Of a stretch of 12,287 nucleotides of DNA, positions 6,683 to 12,287 are shown in pieces; the first letter of the stretch is position 1; each line of letters starts with the position of its first letter. Position numbers and translations under genes: made by a program. The stretch comes from Myxococcales bacterium (GTDB lineage: Bacteria > Myxococcota > Myxococcia > Myxococcales > Anaeromyxobacteraceae): contig JBBQEB010000119.1 of assembly GCA_038320275.1 (NCBI GenBank), forward strand, positions 1 through 12,287. The letters are read 5' to 3'. The notes beneath the pieces are model-generated. The model saw only the letters and a list, made by a program, of their open reading frames with translations. It ran no database searches and was not told where the DNA came from.

Positions 6683-8101
6683 ATGACGTGCCACAAGATC
6701 CTGCTCGTCGACGACAACCAGGAGCTCGCGGGGCTCCTGGCGCGGCTCGTCGAAGGGGAGGGTTGGGAGCCCGTCCTGTGCGGGCGGGGCAAGGCGGCCA
6801 TCGAGGCGGTGCTGGCGGAGGCGCCGGCCGTGGCGGTGGTGGACGTGCTCCTCCCGGACATGATGGGCTACGAGGTGGGCGCGGCGCTGCGAAGGGCCGG
6901 CGTGCCCTTCATCCTCATGACCGGCATCTTCAAGGGAAGCCGGGCGGGCTCCGAGGCGAGGGTGCAGCACGGCGCCGCCGGCTATTTCGAGAAGCCCTTC
7001 GAGGCGCGAAAGCTCCTCGATGCCGTTCGCGGGCTCCTGCCGGCCGAGCCGCCGTCGAGGCCTCCGCCGCCCGCGCGCACGCGAGCGCGGGAGCGCGCAG
7101 CAGAGGACCTCGACCTCGAGCTCGCGGTGGAGTCGGACGAGCCCGCCGATGCGCTCGACCTCACCGGCAAGGTGGAGGTGAGCGAGGGCGGCACGGTGTC
7201 CGCGGTCATCCGCGGCGAGCGGCTGCAGGCGGCGGCGTTCGCCGGCAGGCGGGAGGCAGCGCGCCCGCAGTCCCCCCGGGTCGTGCCCGTGCTGTCGCCG
7301 GTCGTGCCCGCACCTTCGCCGCCGGTGGCGCGGCCCTCCCCGGATGCGGCCTTGCGGCCCGCCGCTCCCGCTGCCGCTGCCGCGACGCGACGCGAGCCGC
7401 CCGCGGAGGGCGAGCTGCGCGACAATCTCCCGGAGCTGGTGACGGCCTTCTGGCTGGCGCAGCAGACGGGCGAGCTCGCGCTGCAGCGGGGAGAGGTGAA
7501 GAAGGCGGTGTACTTCGATCGCGGGCGCCCCTGTTTCGCGGTCTCCAACCTCGTCGCCGACCGCTTCGGACCGTTCCTGGTGCGGGTGGGAAAGCTCACG
7601 CAGGCGCAGCTCGAGCTGTGCCAGGCGGCGGCGGACACGACCGGGAGAGCCCTCTCCGACGTGCTGCTGGAGATGCGCCTCCTGGAGCCCGCCGAGAAGC
7701 TCTACCTCATGGCGCAGTCGGTGAAGTCGATCGCCTATTCGCTCTTCGGCTGGGAGGAGGGGAGGTACCGCCTCCACTTCACCGACCGCGCGGCGCGCGA
7801 GCTCACCAAGGTGGACTTCGAGCCTGCACGCCTCATCGCGCGGGGCGTGAAGAAGCTCTACCGGCCGGAGCGGCTCGCGCGCCTGCTCGCCCCGGGCGAC
7901 CGCCTGGTCCCGACCCAGGAGCCCGCCTATCCCCTGCACGGGGTGGAGCTCGAGCTCTGGGAGGCGAAGCTCCTCCCCCACGTGGACGGGACGCGCACCC
8001 TGGCCGAGCTGTGCGCGCTCGCCCACCGTCCCGAGGAGGCCGTGCGCGCCTCCCTGTGGTCGCTCGTGGCGCTCGAGATCCTGGAGAAGAGATCCGCATG
8101 A
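6683..8101 (+). CDS. Response regulator: N-terminal receiver domain, Pro/Ala-rich linker, DUF4388/PATAN-like C-terminal region, about 472 aa
   Basis: KILLVDD, phosphoacceptor VVD, MTG and FEKPF are intact. GEL..NLPELV...QTGELAL...KKAVYFDRG and LFGWEEGRYR resemble DUF4388. Alternative start ATG 6668. Confidence 0.82.
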   Translation: MTCHKILLVDDNQELAGLLARLVEGEGWEPVLCGRGKAAIEAVLAEAPAVAVVDVLLPDMMGYEVGAALRRAGVPFILMTGIFKGSRAGSEARVQHGAAGYFEKPFEARKLLDAVRGLLPAEPPSRPPPPARTRARERAAEDLDLELAVESDEPADALDLTGKVEVSEGGTVSAVIRGERLQAAAFAGRREAARPQSPRVVPVLSPVVPAPSPPVARPSPDAALRPAAPAAAAATRREPPAEGELRDNLPELVTAFWLAQQTGELALQRGEVKKAVYFDRGRPCFAVSNLVADRFGPFLVRVGKLTQAQLELCQAAADTTGRALSDVLLEMRLLEPAEKLYLMAQSVKSIAYSLFGWEEGRYRLHFTDRAARELTKVDFEPARLIARGVKKLYRPERLARLLAPGDRLVPTQEPAYPLHGVELELWEAKLLPHVDGTRTLAELCALAHRPEEAVRASLWSLVALEILEKRSA

Positions 8102-8166
8102 CCCCTCTGCGCCCCGACACCCTTCACCTCGCCAGCGCGCGCAGCGCCGGAGGAAAGGTCCGATGA
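8098..8166 (+). other. Putative 22-aa bridging mini-ORF (MTPLRPDTLHLASARSAGGKVR)
   Basis: Its ATG overlaps the regulator stop (ATGA 8098-8101) and its TGA overlaps the nagZ start (ATGA 8163-8166). Translation is unproven. Confidence 0.35.
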
Positions 8167-9257
8167 GCGCGCTCGACCGCGAGGTTGCCGGGCTGTTCGC
8201 GGTGGGCTTTCACGGGACCACCGCTTCGGCGGAGGTGCTGGAGCTCATCCGGCGCGGCGTGTATGGCGTCATTCTGTTCGCACGGAACGTCGAGGACGCG
8301 GAGGGGGTGGCGGAGCTGTGCGCCTCGCTCAAGCGCGCGGCGGAGGGCCGGCCGCTCGTCGTCTCCATCGATCAGGAGGGTGGGCGCGTCGCGCGGCTCA
8401 GGTCGAAGCATGGGTTCACCGAGCTTCCCCCGATGCGGGCGCTCGGCCGTACGGGCGACGCGGGGCTCGCCTTCGAGGTGGGGGCGCTGCTGGGCCGGGA
8501 GCTGCGCGCGGTGGGAATCGACCAGGACTACGCGCCGGTGGTGGACGTGGACACGAACCCCGCCAACCCGGTCATCGGCGACCGCAGCTTCGCTCGGGAC
8601 GCCGCGGAGGTGGGCCGGATGGGCGCTGCGCTGGCGCGGGGGCTCCAGTCGGAGGGCGTGGCGGCCTGCGCGAAGCACTTCCCCGGGCATGGCGACACGA
8701 GCCAGGACTCGCACAACGCGCTGCCGCGCCTGCCGCACGATCTCGCGCGGCTGCTGGAGGTGGAGCTGGTGCCGTTTCGCGCCCTCGCGGACGCCGGCGT
8801 GGCGTCGATGATGACCGCGCACGTGGTGTTCGACGCGCTCGATCCCCTTCGCCCGGCGACCCTCTCCACCGCGGTGCTGCGGCTGCTCCGCGAGCGATGC
8901 GCATACGGCGGCTGCGTCGTCTCCGACGACCTCGAGATGGGCGCGGTGGCGGATCACTATCCACTGGAGGTCGCGGTGCCGGCGGCGCTCGCGGCGGGGG
9001 TGGACGCCCTCCTCGTCTGCCACCAGGCGGCGGTGCAGCACCGGGCCATCGACCTCGCGCGAACCGCGGTGGAAGGGGGCGCGCTCACCCGCGAGCGGCT
9101 GGCGGAGGCGCGCCAGCGCGTGCAGGGCCTCGCGAGCTGGGCCGGCCCCCCGCCCGACCCGCGCGCCGTCCGGGCGAACCTGCGCACGGACGAGCACCTC
9201 AGGCTGGCGGCCCGGGTCCCCCCCCTGCCGGTGGGGAGCGATCCGACGGAGGCTTGA
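8163..9257 (+). CDS. nagZ: Beta-N-acetylhexosaminidase, GH3 family, 364 aa
   Basis: GVILFARN, IDQEGGRV, APVVDV, IGDRSF, KHFPGHGDTSQDSH (NagZ signature), MTAHV, SDDLEM. Purine-rich SD upstream. Confidence 0.95.
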   Translation: MSALDREVAGLFAVGFHGTTASAEVLELIRRGVYGVILFARNVEDAEGVAELCASLKRAAEGRPLVVSIDQEGGRVARLRSKHGFTELPPMRALGRTGDAGLAFEVGALLGRELRAVGIDQDYAPVVDVDTNPANPVIGDRSFARDAAEVGRMGAALARGLQSEGVAACAKHFPGHGDTSQDSHNALPRLPHDLARLLEVELVPFRALADAGVASMMTAHVVFDALDPLRPATLSTAVLRLLRERCAYGGCVVSDDLEMGAVADHYPLEVAVPAALAAGVDALLVCHQAAVQHRAIDLARTAVEGGALTRERLAEARQRVQGLASWAGPPPDPRAVRANLRTDEHLRLAARVPPLPVGSDPTEA

Positions 9258-9564
9258 CGGGGAGCGGACCGGAGAGCTCCACCAGCGTCGCCCCCCAGCC
9301 TCCCGCCCCCTCGTCGCAGGCGCGGAAGCTCTTCACCAGAGGTGATCGCGCGAGGATCGCGTGCACGCTCCGGCGCAGCGCCCCGGTGCCCTTTCCGTGC
9401 ACGACGCGGAGCCGCAGGATCCCGCGCTCCTGGCAGGCCGCCATCCACTCCGGGAGGAGGTCGCCCACGTCCTTCGGCGAGAACGTGTGCAGGTCGAGCG
9501 CGCCGTCCAGGGGGAGCTCCACCGGCTCCGAGGGCCCGCCGTCGTCCGGGCATTCGTCCACCAT
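9199..9564 (-). CDS. Stand-alone Smr (small MutS-related) domain protein, about 121 aa
   Basis: ELPLDGALDLHTF, RVVHGKGTGALR, GGWGATLVEL. Start moved to ATG 9564 because the longer ORF is antisense to the PAP2 gene. Confidence 0.9.
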   Translation of the reverse strand: MVDECPDDGGPSEPVELPLDGALDLHTFSPKDVGDLLPEWMAACQERGILRLRVVHGKGTGALRRSVHAILARSPLVKSFRACDEGAGGWGATLVELSGPLPVKPPSDRSPPAGGGPGPPA

Positions 9565-9565
9565 G

Positions 9566-9586
9566 GCGGGGTGGTAACCTCCCCGC
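9566..9586. promoter_or_regulatory. 21-bp near-perfect palindrome filling the smr/PAP2 divergent spacer; candidate bidirectional promoter or operator
   Basis: GCGGGG-T-GGT-A-ACC-T-CCCCGC. On + it contains TG-G-TAACCT 6 nt before GTG 9587; on - it contains TACCAC 6 nt before ATG 9564. Confidence 0.5.
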
Positions 9587-10366
9587 GTGCAGCGCGCCCT
9601 CCGGTCCATCGCATTCGCCGGCCTGCTCGCGTTCGGGCCCCCCTCCGCGCGGGCGGACGCTCCGGCAGGGCTCGACGTGCGCGTGCCGGCGACGGCCGCG
9701 GTCGCCGGTGCCGCGCTCGCCGCCTGGGCGGGGCTTGCCCTGGCCCAGCCGGAGCTCGCGCCCACCACCTGCCGCTGGTGTCAGCCGCCAGGGCCTGACC
9801 GCGCGATCCGCGAGGCGCTCCGCTGGCACGATCCGGGCGCGGCGGGCCGGGCGTCCGACATCCTCGTGGTGGGCCTGCCGGGCGCCCTCGTCGCGGCCGA
9901 CCTCGCCATGGCGGGCGGCGATCTGCGCAGGGCGGGGGAGGACGTGCTCGTGGCGGCCGAGGCGATGGCCGTGTCGGGCCTCGCCACCGAGGTCCTGAAG
10001 GACGTGGTGGGCCGGCGGCGCCCGGCGTCGTGGGCGGCGGGCGGGAGGACCTCGCCCGACGACGACACCGCCATGCCCTCCGGCCACGCGTCCAGCGCGT
10101 TCGCGGTCGCGAGCGCGTTCGGCACCATCGCGCGCCTGCGCGGCTACGGCGCCTGGCCAGCCGTGTACGCCGGCGGCTTCGCGCTCGCGGGCGCCATGTC
10201 CTATCTGCGCCTTGCCGCCGACAGGCACTGGGCGAGCGACGTCCTCGCGGGCGCGGCGATCGGGACCGCCGCCGGGCTCGGCGTGCCGCTCCTGCACCGC
10301 GGGCAGGGGGCCCAGGCACGCCCTGCCCTCGCGGCGCTCCCGCTCGGCATCGCCGTGAGCTTCTGA
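9587..10366 (+). CDS. PAP2-family membrane phosphatase, 259 aa
   Basis: C1 KDVVGRRRP (K-x6-RP), C2 PSGH, C3 LRLAADRHWASD. Hydrophobic segments and a signal-like N-terminus. Start codon uncertain. Confidence 0.9.
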   Translation: MQRALRSIAFAGLLAFGPPSARADAPAGLDVRVPATAAVAGAALAAWAGLALAQPELAPTTCRWCQPPGPDRAIREALRWHDPGAAGRASDILVVGLPGALVAADLAMAGGDLRRAGEDVLVAAEAMAVSGLATEVLKDVVGRRRPASWAAGGRTSPDDDTAMPSGHASSAFAVASAFGTIARLRGYGAWPAVYAGGFALAGAMSYLRLAADRHWASDVLAGAAIGTAAGLGVPLLHRGQGAQARPALAALPLGIAVSF

Positions 10367-10382
10367 AGAGGCTGGACGGCAA

Positions 10383-12266
10383 GTGGATCTCCCCGAGCAC
10401 TTCGCGCGGCTGCAGCGGCTCCTCGACGCCGAGCGCGACGAGGAGCGCGAAAGATTCGCGGAGGTGCGCGGGCGCCTCAGCCTTCGGGAGCGCGAGGCGC
10501 GGGGGCTCGCGGTCGGCGACGCCGAGGCGGTGGAGGAGGGTGGGCTGGCGGGGCGCCCGCTGGTCTGGTTCGGCAGGCCGGACAACGCGCCGCTGGGGGG
10601 AGCGCGCATCGGGGTGGGGAGCCTGGTGCGCGTCCGGCCTCGGCGCGGGGGCGATGCCACGGAGGACGCTCCGGCGGGCGTGGTGGCACGGCGGACGCGG
10701 ACGCGGGTGGCGGTGGCGTTCGAGGACGGCCCGCCGGATTGGGCCGTGGAGGGGCGCGTCGTCCTCGAGCTGGAGGCCTCCCCGGTCACGTGGGAACGGC
10801 TCTCCGCAGGCGTTCGGCGGATGGCGGAGTGGAAGGAGGGGAAGCGCTGGCACGCCGTCCTCGGCGGGAGCGCGCCGCGGTTCGAGACGGGCGCACGGAC
10901 CCTATCCTCTTCGTCCGGGATAGCGGTGACGCGGCTCAACCCGGAGCAGGCCCGCGCGCTCGACCTCGCCGAGCGGGCGCAGGACCTGGCCCTCGTCCAC
11001 GGTCCGCCCGGCACCGGGAAGACGACGGTGCTCGTGGAGCTCATCGCGCGCGCGGCGGCGCGCGGGGAGAGCGTGCTGGCGACCGCCCCGTCCAACCTCG
11101 CGGTCGACAACCTGCTGGAGCGGCTGGTGGCCGCCGGGGTGGACGGCGTGCGCGTCGGACACCCGGCGCGCGTGCTCCCCTCCCTGCTCGCGCACACGCT
11201 GGAGGCGCGCGTCGCCGGTCACGAGTCGGCGCGCATCGCGCAGGGGCTCGTGGCCGAGGCGCTGGACCTCCGCCGGACGGCGCGCAAGCGCAAGGGGCGC
11301 CGCGGGCCGGGGCGCTTCAGCGAGGCGCGCGAGGCGGAGCGCGCGGCGCGGGCGCTCCTCGCGGAGGCGCGCGCGCTGGAAGCGCGGGCCGAAGAGGAGG
11401 TGCTCTCGCGCGCGAAGGTCGTGCTCGCCACGCTCACCTCGCTCGATGGCCCCGCCCTCGCACGGCGGCGCTTCGCGCTGGCGGTGGTGGACGAGGCCAC
11501 GCAGGCGGTGGAGCCCGCGACGTACCTCGCGCTCCTCCGCGGGGACAGGGCGGTGCTTGCCGGGGACCACCTGCAGCTTCCGCCCACGGTCCTCTCGGCC
11601 GCCGCGCAGGAAGGAGGCCTCGGTACCTCGCTCTTCGAGCGGCTCGCGCTGGCGCACGGCGACGCGGTGAAGGTGACCCTGGAGGAGCAGCACCGGATGA
11701 ACGAGCGGATCATGCGCTACCCGTCGGATGCGCTCTACGGGGGAAGGTTGCGCGCTCACCCGGCCGTCGCCCACCACGCGCTCGACGACGCGCCGCTGGA
11801 GGTGGTGGACACCTCCGGCCGAGGCTTCGAGGACGCGACGCCGGAGGGCTCCGACTCGAAGGTGAACGAGGGCGAGGCGGAGCTGGCGGCGCAGGAAGTG
11901 GAGCGGGTGCTCTCCCTGGGCGTCCCGCCCGCGGAGGTGGCAGTCATCGCCCCCTACCACGCGCAGGTGCAGCGGCTCCGCCAGCTCCTCGCCGGCCGGG
12001 TGGAGGAGGGACTGGAGGTGGACACCGTGGACGGGTTCCAGGGGCGAGAAAAGGAGGCGGTGGTGGTGTCGCTGGTCCGCGCGAACGAGGCGGGGGAGGT
12101 GGGCTTCCTGTCGGACGTGCGGCGGATGAACGTGGCGCTCACCCGGGCGCGCAAGAAGCTGGTGGTGGTGGGGGATGGAGCGACGGTGGCGAGGCATCCG
12201 TTCTACGCGGCGTTCTTCGACCACGCGCAGGCGACGGGGGCGTGGCGGAGTGCGTGGGAGAGGTGA
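10383..12266 (+). CDS. Superfamily 1 helicase, Upf1/IGHMBP2/DNA2-NAM7-like, 627 aa
   Basis: GPPGTGKT, APSNLAVDNL, VDEATQ, GDHLQLPP, SLFERL, QHRM, IAPYHAQ, TVDGFQGREK, RRMNVALTRARK. Confidence 0.94.
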   Translation: MDLPEHFARLQRLLDAERDEERERFAEVRGRLSLREREARGLAVGDAEAVEEGGLAGRPLVWFGRPDNAPLGGARIGVGSLVRVRPRRGGDATEDAPAGVVARRTRTRVAVAFEDGPPDWAVEGRVVLELEASPVTWERLSAGVRRMAEWKEGKRWHAVLGGSAPRFETGARTLSSSSGIAVTRLNPEQARALDLAERAQDLALVHGPPGTGKTTVLVELIARAAARGESVLATAPSNLAVDNLLERLVAAGVDGVRVGHPARVLPSLLAHTLEARVAGHESARIAQGLVAEALDLRRTARKRKGRRGPGRFSEAREAERAARALLAEARALEARAEEEVLSRAKVVLATLTSLDGPALARRRFALAVVDEATQAVEPATYLALLRGDRAVLAGDHLQLPPTVLSAAAQEGGLGTSLFERLALAHGDAVKVTLEEQHRMNERIMRYPSDALYGGRLRAHPAVAHHALDDAPLEVVDTSGRGFEDATPEGSDSKVNEGEAELAAQEVERVLSLGVPPAEVAVIAPYHAQVQRLRQLLAGRVEEGLEVDTVDGFQGREKEAVVVSLVRANEAGEVGFLSDVRRMNVALTRARKKLVVVGDGATVARHPFYAAFFDHAQATGAWRSAWER

Positions 12267-12287
12267 GGGGGTTGGGGGTTGGGGGTC
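12267..12287 (+). repeat. Tandem heptamer GGGGGTT GGGGGTT GGGGGTC, running to the window edge
   Basis: Starts at the base immediately after the helicase stop codon. Confidence 0.7.

Noticed and set aside
3446..6861. Extended N-termini given by the ORF track for livG (3592), livM (4935) and livK (6861)
   Set aside because: They overlap neighbouring genes; stop/start coupling, SD and lipobox support 3445, 4431 and 6609.
5369..8026. 885-aa - strand ORF and other long alternative-frame ORFs (e.g. 8957-11197, 9333-10853, 10902-12224)
   Set aside because: No recognisable motifs; they overlap well-supported genes. Long stop-free shadow frames are expected at this GC content.
11260..11400. Basic, helical insertion in the helicase (RRTARKRKGRRG...EARALEARAEEE)
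   Set aside because: Lies where Upf1/IGHMBP2-like helicases carry their helical 1C insertion; not evidence of a new domain.

Overview
Very GC-rich bacterial window, probably Myxococcota/Anaeromyxobacter-like (inferred from composition and gene content). Positions 1-1865 form a small accessory island. It holds the 3' end and probable right end of an ISKra4-like IS (absent from the ORF track), an AAA+ ATPase/DUF4143 protein with a C-terminal PD-(D/E)xK-like motif, and a divergent MntA-type nucleotidyltransferase antitoxin. Its HepT/DUF86 toxin partner appears reduced to fused N- and C-terminal stubs by an internal frameshifting deletion. Two tandem ATTCG-N8-CGAAT palindromes lie between the divergent genes. 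The rest looks like core genome: a livKHMGF ABC operon (-), a REC-linker-DUF4388-like response regulator, nagZ, a stand-alone Smr protein (-), a PAP2 phosphatase and a Upf1/IGHMBP2-like SF1 helicase. Small-scale oddities are a 22-codon ORF bridging the regulator and nagZ by double ATGA overlap, a palindromic 22-bp spacer between smr and PAP2, and a G-tract heptamer repeat at the right edge. Family assignments come from motif recognition by eye; no searches were run.
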